From a virus (Duplodnaviria > Caudoviricetes): a stretch of DNA of 47,758 nt. Shown in pieces: positions 1-9,539 of the stretch. The position numbers and the translations under genes were made by a program. The notes below the pieces were generated by a model. The model searched no databases, was not told the origin of the DNA, and was given only the letters and a program-made list of their open reading frames with translations. Numbering within the stretch: position 1 is the stretch's first letter; each line of letters opens with the position of its first letter. The stretch is taken from IMG/VR virus record IMGVR_UViG_3300033076_000880, positions 1-47,758 of that record; one strand, given 5' to 3'.

Positions 1-77
1 TGCCACGCTGCCACGCTGCCACGCTGCCACGCTGCCACGCTGCCACGCTGCCACGCTGCCACGCTGCCACGCTGCCA
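1..77. repeat. Tandem 8-bp repeat (TGCCACGC)n, left part
   Basis: 9 perfect units plus TGCCA; in phase with the array at the window end. Confidence 0.98.
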
Positions 78-180
78 ACCTATAAAATAGGCAACTCTCC
101 CCATGGGTAAATTTTCCCAGGGGGTGACCTTGCCCAATCGTGCCGAATGCATGACGCATTCGCCGAGACCCTATTTTTCT

Positions 181-414
181 ATGACCACCAATACCTACCC
201 GCCACCAGTACCACCAGAAGTAGCTGCCGCACGTCTTGCGATGTGGGAAGCCATCAGAGCGACGCAACGAGCCGGGACTGCGCTCAAGTGTGCCGAGATC
301 GAACGCACGCAGCCCGAACGCGCAGCCCTCGGCCGAGCTCGTGCCGAGGTCAAACGGACGCACGACGCCTACGACGCCGCCCTCGCGAAGCATTGCCGCA
401 CGCGTCAGGCTTGA
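181..414 (+). CDS. Hypothetical early protein (MTTNTYPPP...)
   Basis: ORF co-oriented with the early genes, helical Ala-rich product; start chosen at ATG 181. Confidence 0.5.
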   Translation: MTTNTYPPPVPPEVAAARLAMWEAIRATQRAGTALKCAEIERTQPERAALGRARAEVKRTHDAYDAALAKHCRTRQA

Positions 415-467
415 CATAACCCAGCGCTGGGTTACACATCTTGTGTCCGCAATAACCCAGCGCTCGC
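411..467 (+). promoter_or_regulatory. Putative early promoter/operator: TTGACA followed by perfect palindrome TAACCCAGCGCTGGGTTA and a second partial copy
   Basis: TTGACA at 411-416, 18-bp palindrome at 417-434, AATAACCCAGCGCTCGC at 451-467; the -10 element is poor. Confidence 0.6.
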
Positions 468-505
468 TTTTCCGTTAACCACTGAACCAGTAAACCCGAT
501 ACACC

Positions 506-772
506 ATGAACGCATCAGACATCACCGCAGAATCGCTCACTCAACTCCCCATCTGCCGCATCGGAGCCATCGTCCGTGCCCACTGGCCGAAGCCCTATTT
601 CGCCGCAGTGCCTTACCTCTCGGCACTGTCCGACCTTTACGACATGGACAGCAAGTGCGGCCACGACTCCGCTCGTGACATCGTGCTCCGCTTCCTTGGC
701 AACGCGCAGACGTGGCGCGGGCCCATCGCCAAATTGGTTAAGGCCGAGCTCAAGAGCCGCCTCGCCAAATAA
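506..772 (+). CDS. Conserved phage hypothetical protein
   Basis: W-x3-YF-x-AVPYL ... FL-x-NA-x2-WRG ... K-x-ELK pattern I recognise from small phage proteins; clean ORF. Confidence 0.85.
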   Translation: MNASDITAESLTQLPICRIGAIVRAHWPKPYFAAVPYLSALSDLYDMDSKCGHDSARDIVLRFLGNAQTWRGPIAKLVKAELKSRLAK

Positions 773-784
773 CCCAGCGCTCGC
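768..784 (+). promoter_or_regulatory. Third copy of AATAACCCAGCGCT motif
   Basis: Identical to 451-467, mostly intergenic, upstream of ORF 866. Confidence 0.6.
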
Positions 785-865
785 CTCTCACGAGGCGGGT
801 TAGCTGGAGCTTCCGACACCCGGCGGCTCCGTTTAACCAGCTGAAATCGAAAACCAGATACCATC

Positions 866-1321
866 ATGAACACGATCACTGAAATGTCCGCTCGCTCCAC
901 TAACTTGCTTCAGACCGAAGCACTCAACCTGCTCAAGGGGCTCGCTGCCCAGCACGGCATGACCCTCCGCGCCGCTGGCGGCACGTACGACATCACCAAG
1001 GCCACGCTCAAGTTCGAGTTTACGATCACGGGCGAGGACGCCGAAAAGAAACAATTCGAGAAGGACGCTCCGCACATCGGCTGCGAGGCTGCCGACTATG
1101 GCAAGCAGGCGGTCATCAACAAAGAACTTTGCACCCTCGTGGGCTTCGCGCTCAGTCGCCGCTCGTTCCCGGTCAAGGTCAAGAAACCCAGCGGTGACAT
1201 CGTGCTCCTGAAGGAGGACGTTCTCGCCAAGTATTTCAAAACGGGGTTCGAGGTTCGCTTCGCCGCTCAGAAGCCCGTCATCGAGTTCGTGCCTGCGCCC
1301 ACCAAGTCTGCCACCGTTTAA
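866..1321 (+). CDS. Hypothetical protein
   Basis: 151-aa ORF with genome-typical codon usage, in operon. Confidence 0.85.
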   Translation: MNTITEMSARSTNLLQTEALNLLKGLAAQHGMTLRAAGGTYDITKATLKFEFTITGEDAEKKQFEKDAPHIGCEAADYGKQAVINKELCTLVGFALSRRSFPVKVKKPSGDIVLLKEDVLAKYFKTGFEVRFAAQKPVIEFVPAPTKSATV

Positions 1322-1334
1322 GGAGATCATCACC

Positions 1335-1649
1335 ATGAGCCACATCACCAAAGTTGAAGACCGCCCCGCCACCCCAGCCTATGAGGAGGTCGGCATCATG
1401 CTCGGTGCGGCAGTGCATTGGGCAGAAGCCGAGGCCGACGATGAACACCCCGACCCGATGGGTGAGGTCTGTGATCTCGTGCGCGATGCCGCGTCAACCT
1501 ACGCCAAGGTGCAGGCTGACCTGCTCGCCGCCCGCGATGCCCTGCAGGCTGCCTACGATGAGCTAGGCAAGGTGTCCCGTTACGAGGTGTCTGACCTGCG
1601 TCTCAAGACCATCAAGTCCGCCCTGCGCGAGTTGGGAGGCAAGCTGTGA
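1335..1649 (+). CDS. Hypothetical protein
   Basis: TAAGGAG SD upstream; GTGA coupling to the next gene. Confidence 0.85.
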   Translation: MSHITKVEDRPATPAYEEVGIMLGAAVHWAEAEADDEHPDPMGEVCDLVRDAASTYAKVQADLLAARDALQAAYDELGKVSRYEVSDLRLKTIKSALRELGGKL

Positions 1650-2266
1650 GGATTCTCATCACCTTCGAGACATCGGGCCGCATTCGCGAGGCGATGCGCC
1701 GCAACGGGCATGAGGTGTGGTCGTGTGACGTCCTGCCCTCTGAGGACAACTCACCCTCCCACATCATCGCCGACGTCCGCACGCTCGACCTGACGCAATA
1801 CGACCTCGTGGGCATGCACCCGCCATGCACATACCTGACGGGCTCAGGCATCCATTGGAACGACCGAGGCCGAGGCTGGGAGCGCACCGAGGAGTCAATC
1901 GAGCTGGTGCGCTGGCTCATGGCCCACGAGGTGCCGTGGTATCTGGAGAACCCGGTCGGCATCATCTCCAGCCGCATCAGGAAGCCCGACCAGATCATCC
2001 AACCCTTCGAGTTTGGCGACGATGCCAGCAAGAAGACGTGTCTGTGGCTCAACAAGCTGACGCCCCTGCCTCGAGATCCTGCGAAACGCTGCCCCGGCCG
2101 CTGGGTCATGTGGAAGGGCAAATTAACCGAGCGCTGGGCTAACCAGACCGACAGCGGACAGAACCGGCTCGGGCCCAGCCCGACCCGTTGGAAAGAACGC
2201 AGCCGCACCTACGCAGGCATTGCTCAGGCGATGGCTGACCACTGGGCACCACCCTCAATCGTTTAA
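1646..2266 (+). CDS. Short phage DNA cytosine-methyltransferase-like protein
   Basis: N-terminal (C/F)E-x-SG ... GH-x-VWSCD, catalytic-type HPPCT, ENP motif, KKTCLW, RSRTY-x-GIA-x-AMA-x2-W. Confidence 0.8.
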   Translation: MRILITFETSGRIREAMRRNGHEVWSCDVLPSEDNSPSHIIADVRTLDLTQYDLVGMHPPCTYLTGSGIHWNDRGRGWERTEESIELVRWLMAHEVPWYLENPVGIISSRIRKPDQIIQPFEFGDDASKKTCLWLNKLTPLPRDPAKRCPGRWVMWKGKLTERWANQTDSGQNRLGPSPTRWKERSRTYAGIAQAMADHWAPPSIV

Positions 2267-2271
2267 TAATT

Positions 2272-2559
2272 ATGAAGACACCAACCGACGACCCTATCAC
2301 GCTGCCGACGATCCATCTCAACGGCACCTCACCCAGCACCCTGCTGCGCGACTACGCGGATGCAGGGTTTGCCATCAACGCAGCCGTCGAGCGGCTCCTT
2401 AAAGTCGAGTTTCACAGCCGCGACTATTACCCAGTCCCCGGCTCATGGGATCGAGCGTGCGACGAACGGCGCAAGATCCTGCAAGGGTTGCGCGAGGCGC
2501 AGCGTTATTGCGAAGCTCACGTCCAACACGCCAGCGAGCACGGCGGCAGACTCGATTAA
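2272..2559 (+). CDS. Conserved phage hypothetical protein
   Basis: PTIHLNGTS ... RDYYP pattern; clean ORF in operon. Confidence 0.8.
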   Translation: MKTPTDDPITLPTIHLNGTSPSTLLRDYADAGFAINAAVERLLKVEFHSRDYYPVPGSWDRACDERRKILQGLREAQRYCEAHVQHASEHGGRLD

Positions 2560-2669
2560 CTACCCTCTGGCCGACCACCCTTCTGCCCGTTCTTCTGCGC
2601 CGCTTGCGCCTTCGCTTTGCTGGTCATCTGACCCAGGGCGACGGCGTGAGGGTTCTTGTTCTCGCGCAT
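2556..2669 (-). CDS. Small basic protein (37 aa), possible DNA-binding peptide
   Basis: MRENKNPHAVALG..TSKAKAQAAQKNGQKGGRP resembles the KNPxAVALG / NGxKGGRP small phage proteins; fills an otherwise empty gap. Confidence 0.7.
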   Translation of the reverse strand: MRENKNPHAVALGQMTSKAKAQAAQKNGQKGGRPEGS

Positions 2670-2782
2670 GAAAGCGACGTTCGAGTTGTGACGGGGCTGC
2701 GGGCCCATCGGAACGGTCAAAGGCGTAACGGATCGGATCGGAGAGTTCATAACCACTCACTAGCACAGTCATCACCTCAGTC

Positions 2783-2799
2783 AATAACCCAGCGCTGGG
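2783..2799 (+). promoter_or_regulatory. Fourth copy of AATAACCCAGCGCT(GGG) motif
   Basis: In the divergent gap between ORF 2669(-) and ORF 2818(+). Confidence 0.6.
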
Positions 2800-2817
2800 C
2801 TCACGCCCTATACCACC

Positions 2818-3105
2818 ATGAAGCATATCAACTATCACTTCACTATCTCGACCTACGTCCCCGAGAACGCAGACATCAAACAGGTGTTTCGCGCTCTGAA
2901 CTTCGTAGCCGACAAAGCTGCCAAAGGGTTTGATCCTGCGAACACTCCACGCAATCGGCAGTCGTGCGCGAGCATCATCAAATGCCACAATGAGACTGCT
3001 CGCCGTCGTAAGAATCGACTTGCTTTAGCTAAACAAACACCGCACCTCTCGCGCCCCCAAGATGAAATCGAAAGCACCCGTGGCACCGACGCCACTTCCG
3101 TTTGA
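2818..3105 (+). CDS. Hypothetical protein
   Basis: ORF with ACCACC-ATG context like other genes; overlaps the next ORF by 44 nt. Confidence 0.6.
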   Translation: MKHINYHFTISTYVPENADIKQVFRALNFVADKAAKGFDPANTPRNRQSCASIIKCHNETARRRKNRLALAKQTPHLSRPQDEIESTRGTDATSV

Positions 3106-3271
3106 ACGTCGGAGAGCTGAAGGCATTCAATTGATCGAGATGGCCCTACTTATGGGCATCTCCGCGCCCTATTTGTACGACATGGAGCACGGCAATCGCC
3201 GCGTCTCCGACCAGCACCGGGCCAAGTATATGCTCGGTCTCACCACCCTCAAATCCCCAGCGAAAGTCTGA
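3062..3271 (+). CDS. XRE/Cro-like helix-turn-helix protein
   Basis: RR-x2-GI-x-L-x-EMA-x3-GIS-x2-YL-x2-ME-x-G-x-R pattern; directly upstream of the primase. Confidence 0.8.
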   Translation: MKSKAPVAPTPLPFERRRAEGIQLIEMALLMGISAPYLYDMEHGNRRVSDQHRAKYMLGLTTLKSPAKV

Positions 3272-3273
3272 CC

Positions 3274-5745
3274 ATGCCACAATATTTCTCCGGCCAAGCG
3301 CACGAGCTCGGGCTCGTCACCGCACTCCCTCAAGACACGTTTGTGGCTCTTTGCCACGAGGTCATCGCCACGGGTGTCCGCATTGCGCAGACCAAGGACG
3401 AGTTTTTTGCTCTCCCCAAGAAGGACAAGACCGCACCGCTCGACCAGTCGCGAGCGAAGCGGGTGGCATACATCACGCCCGCCTGCTTCGACTCGTCGCC
3501 CAGCAAGCGCACCACTGATCACGCCGTTCGGTGCAACTTGATCGCCCTCGACATCGACAACGCCGCCGATGCCTCGCGCCTCCTTACGCAAGATTGGGAG
3601 ACGTGTCTTGCGGGCTTCGGATTCATCGTGTGGCACACCGCCAGCTCGACCGAGGACGCACCCCGTCTGCGCGTCTTGGTGCGAGCCGAGGGCATCTCGC
3701 CTGACCGCTATTCCGCTGCCGTCCGCACCATCGCGGACATGATCGGCCTCAGCCAGATCACGCACGAGTCTCGAGTCGTGGTGCAACCCATGTTTTTGCC
3801 CACGCTTTTCGCTGACACTCAACACTCACCCATTCACGCCTACAACGCCGAGGGTGACGCCTTCACGATGGCCGACATCCTGGTGGGCGACGACAGTTCG
3901 TTCGCCGACGACTCGCGCCCGGTCGACGACACACTGGGCGACATCACTTTCCTCCGCACGCCTCTTGAGGGTCTCACGCTCGAAGACGCCGCCTCGGCAC
4001 TCGAGGTTCTCGACCCCGACATGGGGATGCAGAGCTGGGTCGAGATCGGCATGGCTCTGAAGCATCAGTTCAATTCTGACGAAGCATATCAACTCTGGGA
4101 TTCGTGGTCGGCCAAGGGCAAGAAGTACGAATCGTCTGAGGAAACCAAATACAGGTGGGACTCACTCAAGGCGAACCCGGTCGACCGTGCGCCCGTCACG
4201 ATCCGTTCGCTCTTCAAGGCAGCCACAGCTCTTGGCTGGAGCAATGGTACCCTGACAGCGAAGCAGACTGCCGCCGTCGCCGACTGGCTCAAGAACCCCG
4301 CCCGAAGCAGCGAGCAACTGCTGGACGAAGGCGCGAAGCGCATTGCCAAGGTGGGCCCACTTATCGGTCAGCTCGAGCGCAAGGTGCTCATCATGGCCAT
4401 GGCGCAGGCACTGGGCCAGCGAGGCACCAAGCTCCCGGTGCCGGACATCACGAAGGCAGTGCGCCAGCTCGAGCGCGATGCCGCCAAGCAGGCTGGCGTC
4501 GTGCAGTGGGCCAAGGGTCTGTGCTTCGTGACGAGCGAGAACGTGTTCTATCGCCACGGCAGCAACCGCAAGTTTACGCCCGAGGTGCTCGACCTCATGT
4601 ATCAGCAGATGCCTCTCGGTGATGAGAAGCCGATCCTTCCCCGGCATTACGCGATCCAAGTGGCCGAGGTGCCGCAGGTCGAGTCGCTGCGCTACGAGCC
4701 GGGACAGACCAGCAAACGGTTCTTTAACGTCGACGGCGTACCGTTCTGCAACACCTATCGCCCCGACTACGCTGCGCCCGACCCGCTGCGGGCCGACGAA
4801 GCGGCCGAGATCTACGTCGACCACTTGGCGAAGCTCATCAAGGAGCCCGAGCACCAACGCACGCTGACCGACTACTTCGCCTACCTCGTGCAGCATCCCG
4901 GCAAAAAGGTACGTTGGACACCTCTTATCCAGGGCGCGGAGGGTTGCGGCAAGTCCTCCTTGGCCGAGATCATGCGCGTCGTCCTTGGTCGCCGGAACAT
5001 CGGCAAGCTGAACGCGAAGGACGTAATGGATTCCCAATACAACGACTGGGCCTATGGCGTGCAGCTCGTGGTTCTTGAGGAGGTTCGCATCATCGGCCAG
5101 AACCGGCATGCCGTGATGGACAAGCTCAAGCCCTGCATCACCGACGACTTCATCGGCCTCAACTGCAAGTTCGAGCCCAAGCGCACCGTGCCGAACGTGA
5201 CGAATTATCTCATGTTCACGAACTACCACGACTCGCTCGCCATTCGCGAAGACGGTCGCCGCTACTTCGTATTGAGTTCACCGCTACAACGTCCCGAGCA
5301 GATCGCCGCCATCGGTGGCAAGGCCCACTTCGACCGTCTGTATTCGTGCATCAATGACAACGCGGGAGGTCTCCGCGCCTTCTTCGAGAGCTGGCCCATC
5401 AGCAAGGACTTCAACCCCGAAGGCCGCGCCCCCGTCACCCGCTACCTCAAAGAGTTGGCCGAGAACGCGGCGACGCCACTGACCACCGCAGTCAAGCAGT
5501 GCATCGAGGACGAGCCGCACGCCCTCGTGCGCAAGGACTTGCTCTCACTTGGCTGCCTGCGCGGCTCGCTCGACTCTTCGCACCTCACCGAGTTCAGCGA
5601 TCAGGCACTGGCCGCAGTGCTGCGCGAGCTGGGCTGGGAGAAGTTCGACCGGGTGATGATCGACGGAGGCAAACACCAGCTCTGGACGCATGGGTTCAGC
5701 GGTGACGTCAAAGCCGAGGCCAAGCTGCGTCTTGAATTTCTTTAA
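3274..5745 (+). CDS. Primase-helicase (AEP-like N-terminus, PriCT-2, SF3/D5-like NTPase)
   Basis: IALDID and HT motifs; W-x2-IGMALK ... W-x2-WS (PriCT-2); Walker A GAEGCGKS, Walker B VVLEE, MFTN, DGRRYFV. Confidence 0.93.
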   Translation: MPQYFSGQAHELGLVTALPQDTFVALCHEVIATGVRIAQTKDEFFALPKKDKTAPLDQSRAKRVAYITPACFDSSPSKRTTDHAVRCNLIALDIDNAADASRLLTQDWETCLAGFGFIVWHTASSTEDAPRLRVLVRAEGISPDRYSAAVRTIADMIGLSQITHESRVVVQPMFLPTLFADTQHSPIHAYNAEGDAFTMADILVGDDSSFADDSRPVDDTLGDITFLRTPLEGLTLEDAASALEVLDPDMGMQSWVEIGMALKHQFNSDEAYQLWDSWSAKGKKYESSEETKYRWDSLKANPVDRAPVTIRSLFKAATALGWSNGTLTAKQTAAVADWLKNPARSSEQLLDEGAKRIAKVGPLIGQLERKVLIMAMAQALGQRGTKLPVPDITKAVRQLERDAAKQAGVVQWAKGLCFVTSENVFYRHGSNRKFTPEVLDLMYQQMPLGDEKPILPRHYAIQVAEVPQVESLRYEPGQTSKRFFNVDGVPFCNTYRPDYAAPDPLRADEAAEIYVDHLAKLIKEPEHQRTLTDYFAYLVQHPGKKVRWTPLIQGAEGCGKSSLAEIMRVVLGRRNIGKLNAKDVMDSQYNDWAYGVQLVVLEEVRIIGQNRHAVMDKLKPCITDDFIGLNCKFEPKRTVPNVTNYLMFTNYHDSLAIREDGRRYFVLSSPLQRPEQIAAIGGKAHFDRLYSCINDNAGGLRAFFESWPISKDFNPEGRAPVTRYLKELAENAATPLTTAVKQCIEDEPHALVRKDLLSLGCLRGSLDSSHLTEFSDQALAAVLRELGWEKFDRVMIDGGKHQLWTHGFSGDVKAEAKLRLEFL

Positions 5746-5813
5746 AATAGTTATCGACACGAGAACAGAAAGTGTTCTCAGTAGTGGCTCAACCAGCTAA
5801 TCAGAAAAATCGA

Positions 5814-6077
5814 ATGAAAGATAAACACGGTTTGGAGTTCAAAGACCTCGTCGCGTTGCAGAATATGCACTTCGCGATTTGGCAAGATCGCCTCGTAATG
5901 CCACTGCTTAACGACGTCGTTGAGTATGCTCGCAAGCACAACGTCCCCGCCATTGACGCGACGAAAGCACATCAGGTCTTCCGAGGCCAAGACCTCGTCC
6001 AGATCATTATGGACTGGCCCGATCTCAAGCCGTGCTACCCGGCTGCCAACGCGCCTGCAGCGGAGGACGTCATTTGA
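5814..6077 (+). CDS. Hypothetical protein
   Basis: Clean ORF from ATG 5814, ends AAEDVI. Confidence 0.75.
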   Translation: MKDKHGLEFKDLVALQNMHFAIWQDRLVMPLLNDVVEYARKHNVPAIDATKAHQVFRGQDLVQIIMDWPDLKPCYPAANAPAAEDVI

Positions 6078-6172
6078 GCACCTTCTTCAAACACTGGGGC
6101 GACACCGAGCAGCTGTATGCCCCCAATCCTTTCCCGTCAGTAAACATCAACGTCAGTAAATCAGATCCCATC

Positions 6173-6721
<549 letters not shown>

Positions 6722-6724
6722 GCC

Positions 6725-6931
6725 ATGAGCATCGCATCCCGACTCCGTAATCCCAAGGCTCCGAGCCCGAACCGCGACCTCCCGCGCAAACTCGCGAAGG
6801 ACTGGGCTCCGCCACCGTTCAACGCCACGGACTTTGCTGACAAGGCCCACCGAGCGAACAAGCGAACCCTCGTGCCCCGTGGCGCGTTCGGTGGCAAACT
6901 CCGCTCGAAACGCCCCGTGGAGAAGGTGTGA
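6725..6931 (+). CDS. Small basic hypothetical protein
   Basis: Tightly packed; GTGA coupling to the next ORF. Confidence 0.65.
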   Translation: MSIASRLRNPKAPSPNRDLPRKLAKDWAPPPFNATDFADKAHRANKRTLVPRGAFGGKLRSKRPVEKV

Positions 6932-7107
6932 GCGGCATCACCGGCTCCAAAAACCCGAACAGCAAGTTGACTGAGGCCGACGTCGCCAAAATCCGCGCCC
7001 CCAAGAACGCGCATCGCAGCGACGCCGACCTCGGCAAGTTGTTCGGAGTCCACCGCACCAGAATCAACCGAATCAGAAATCAACGCACATGGCTAAAAAC
7101 ACCTTAG
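6928..7107 (+). CDS. Stand-alone HTH domain of the HNH homing-endonuclease C-terminal type (59 aa; not in the ORF track)
   Basis: My translation: MSGITGSKNPNSKLTEADVAKIRAPKNAHRSDADLGKLFGVHRTRINRIRNQRTWLKTP; G-x2-N-x2-SKLT-x3-V-x2-IR ... L-x3-FGV ... W. Confidence 0.8.
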   Translation: MSGITGSKNPNSKLTEADVAKIRAPKNAHRSDADLGKLFGVHRTRINRIRNQRTWLKTP

Positions 7108-8297
7108 AGCCAGCTCACGCCCGCCTCCCTCCGTCCTCGGCCTTTCGCTGGACGGTCTGCACCGCAAGCGTGCCGTTCATCGAGGCTCATCCTGAGCTGC
7201 CCAAAGACTCGTCCGTTTACGCTGACGAAGGTACGCGGGCCCACAGCGCCCTCACTGCCCTCCTCACCCGTCAGACGCCCGTCTACGACAACGACGAGAT
7301 GAAGCGCAACGTGGAAGACTGCGCCGCCTTCATTTGGTCGCAGATGCAGGGTCAGGACGGCGACCGACTGTTGGTCGACAAGCGGGTGCCGTTGTTCTAT
7401 CTGCCCAGTCAGAAGGGCACAATGGACGTCGGCATCGTCGGCAAGAAGCGTATCCTGATCCTGGATTTGAAGTACGGCGCTGGCGTCAGCGTCTACGCCG
7501 AGCGCAACAAGCAACTCGGCATCTACGGTGAATCCGCGATTCGCGAGCTGGAGATCATCGAGGAGTTCCCCGCTGATTTCCCAGTCGAACTCATCATCTG
7601 GCAACCACGCGACCGCAACGACCCCACGGTCAAGCGGGAGTGGAAGCTGACCCGTGGCGAGCTCCGCCTGTTCTGTGAGACCGAGGTCGGTGTCCCAGCG
7701 CAGCAGATCATTGCAGGCGACAAAGGCGTGTTCCGCCCCGGCGAAGCCTGCAAGTTCTGCCCAGCGACCGGCATCTGCATGAAGTACGCGACGCAGGGTC
7801 TCGAGGCGATCAGCGACGAGCCCGTGGACGTCGTCTTGGCGCAGGAGAAGATCGCGTTGCCGCAGCCCGAGGCTTTGACCCGTGAGCAGCGTCAGCGGGT
7901 CATCGCCAGCCGCAAGACGATGGAAGCGTGGCTCGAAGCCGTCGAGGATCAGGAGATGGCCGAGCTGATGGCGGGTGCGCCGCCGATGCAGTTCAAACTG
8001 GTCGAAGGTAAGTCCAATCGGCAATGGAAAGACGAGGAGGCAGCCAAACAGCTTCTGCGTAATCACCTTATCGCCGAGCAGACTAATCCGCCCGGTGCCC
8101 TCATCTCTCCGGCGCAAGCCGAGAAGCTGCTGAAGGGCATCGAGCTCTCGACCAAGTTCGAGAATCGGTTTGCCAATCTCATCGTCAAACCACCGGGGAA
8201 GCCTTCGCTCGTCCCCGTTACCGACAAGCGCCCCGCGCTCGTGCTCAACCCCACCGAGGGTCTGAGTGCCATCGTGGAGGCCGAAGAGATCATCTAA
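7089..8297 (+). CDS. DUF2800-type PD-(D/E)XK exonuclease
   Basis: HA-x-L-x-PSS-x2-RW-x2-C, EGT-x-AH, GT-x-D, D-x-KYG-x-GV, Q-x3-Y, C-x-FC-x5-C, KLVEG-x-S-x-R. Confidence 0.92.
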   Translation: MAKNTLEPAHARLPPSSAFRWTVCTASVPFIEAHPELPKDSSVYADEGTRAHSALTALLTRQTPVYDNDEMKRNVEDCAAFIWSQMQGQDGDRLLVDKRVPLFYLPSQKGTMDVGIVGKKRILILDLKYGAGVSVYAERNKQLGIYGESAIRELEIIEEFPADFPVELIIWQPRDRNDPTVKREWKLTRGELRLFCETEVGVPAQQIIAGDKGVFRPGEACKFCPATGICMKYATQGLEAISDEPVDVVLAQEKIALPQPEALTREQRQRVIASRKTMEAWLEAVEDQEMAELMAGAPPMQFKLVEGKSNRQWKDEEAAKQLLRNHLIAEQTNPPGALISPAQAEKLLKGIELSTKFENRFANLIVKPPGKPSLVPVTDKRPALVLNPTEGLSAIVEAEEII

Positions 8298-8314
8298 CAC
8301 CGGAGACCGAATCT

Positions 8315-8590
8315 ATGAATCCCCCACTAATCAAACTCGAGGTTGAGCATATGCGTCAGAGCATGGTTCACGCTTTCAGTGAGCACTGCCTAAAAATGGA
8401 CGGGCTTTTTCAGCATGCTATTGCTGAAGCCTGCAAACCAGACGCTATTCAAGCCGTCGTGACTGAGGCCGCCCAGCGCTATTTGAAGCAGGCACTCGAC
8501 GAAGAAGTGAAGAACTTCCTGACGTATGGCGAAGGCCGCAAGTTAGTCCGTGCGGAGGTCGAGAAGCGGTTGACGGTAGATTTTTCCTAA
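8315..8590 (+). CDS. Hypothetical protein
   Basis: Clean ORF between nuclease and SSB. Confidence 0.75.
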   Translation: MNPPLIKLEVEHMRQSMVHAFSEHCLKMDGLFQHAIAEACKPDAIQAVVTEAAQRYLKQALDEEVKNFLTYGEGRKLVRAEVEKRLTVDFS

Positions 8591-8652
8591 CCTTTCGATG
8601 CGCCGACTCTCGGCGTATCAAAACCACAACGACAGAAAAACAGTAAAACATC

Positions 8653-9216
8653 GTGAGCAATACCACCAAAGTCCAGAACCCGATCATTAAGCTCCAGAAC
8701 GTGCGTCTGAGCTTCCCGTCTCTCTTCGAGGCGAAAGCGGGAGATGACGCCAACAGCAAGCCGAAGTATGCGGCGACGTTCCTCCTGAACAAGGTCAAGA
8801 ACGCTGCCGAGATTAAGGCGATCCAAGCGGCGATCCAGCAGGTCAAGAATACCGCTGACGTCCTCAAGGGTAAGAAGAACGTCAAGAACCCGCTGCGCGA
8901 CGGCGCAGAGAAGGAAGACATGGACGGCTACTCCGCCGACGTGTATTTCATCTCGGCCCGTAACCACATCCGCCCTGGTGTGGTCGACCGTGACTTGTCC
9001 CCGCTGACGGCAGCGGACGGCAAGCCCTACGCGGGCTGCTACGTCAACGCCAGTGTCGAGTGCTACGGATACACTCATCCGAAGTCCGGCCCCGGCATCA
9101 CGTTCAGCCTGCGCAACGTCCAGTTCGTCAAGGACGGTGAGCCGTTTGGCGCGAAGGTTACTCCGCCCGAGAACGACTTCTCCGCTCTCCCCGATGACGA
9201 GTCTGGCGTGGTCTAA
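8653..9216 (+). CDS. ssb: Single-stranded DNA-binding protein (DUF2815 type)
   Basis: VRLSFPSLFE, PLRDG, YAGCYVNAS, L-x-NVQFVKDGEPFG, acidic tail. Confidence 0.92.
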   Translation: MSNTTKVQNPIIKLQNVRLSFPSLFEAKAGDDANSKPKYAATFLLNKVKNAAEIKAIQAAIQQVKNTADVLKGKKNVKNPLRDGAEKEDMDGYSADVYFISARNHIRPGVVDRDLSPLTAADGKPYAGCYVNASVECYGYTHPKSGPGITFSLRNVQFVKDGEPFGAKVTPPENDFSALPDDESGVV

Positions 9217-9275
9217 CCCTCAATCGCAGAAATCCTGTGTGGCCCCGAGCAGCGCAAGTCGGGGCACTTATTTCC

Positions 9276-9539
9276 ATGAGCCACCCCCTTAAACAATCTT
9301 TGGACATCGCCCGTTTGATCGAGATGGACCCTGTGTCCGCAGGCATGCTCAAAGAGCACATCAAACCCGAAGTCCTGCGCGATTTGCTTGGTATTAAGCA
9401 AAGCAACGAAGAGTTCTTCGAAGACGTCACCAACGAGCAACTATGGGAGGAGCTCGAAGCTCGCCTCAAGGCGACGTGTTATCGCTTGGACGACGACCTC
9501 CAACTCGCTCTCCGAGCTGTTAAGAAAGAACTCTTGTGA
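9276..9539 (+). CDS. Hypothetical protein
   Basis: ORF coupled by GTGA to the polymerase. Confidence 0.75.
   Translation: MSHPLKQSLDIARLIEMDPVSAGMLKEHIKPEVLRDLLGIKQSNEEFFEDVTNEQLWEELEARLKATCYRLDDDLQLALRAVKKELL

Noticed and set aside
1-77. 8-bp array as Chi sites, CRISPR repeats or coding sequence (ORF 47559-47756)
   Set aside because: It differs from GCTGGTGG and has no spacers; the ORF is just the translated repeat.
7089-8297. Cas4-like nuclease as evidence of a CRISPR system
   Set aside because: It is the usual DUF2800 member of the nuclease-SSB-PolA module; there is no repeat-spacer array or other cas gene.
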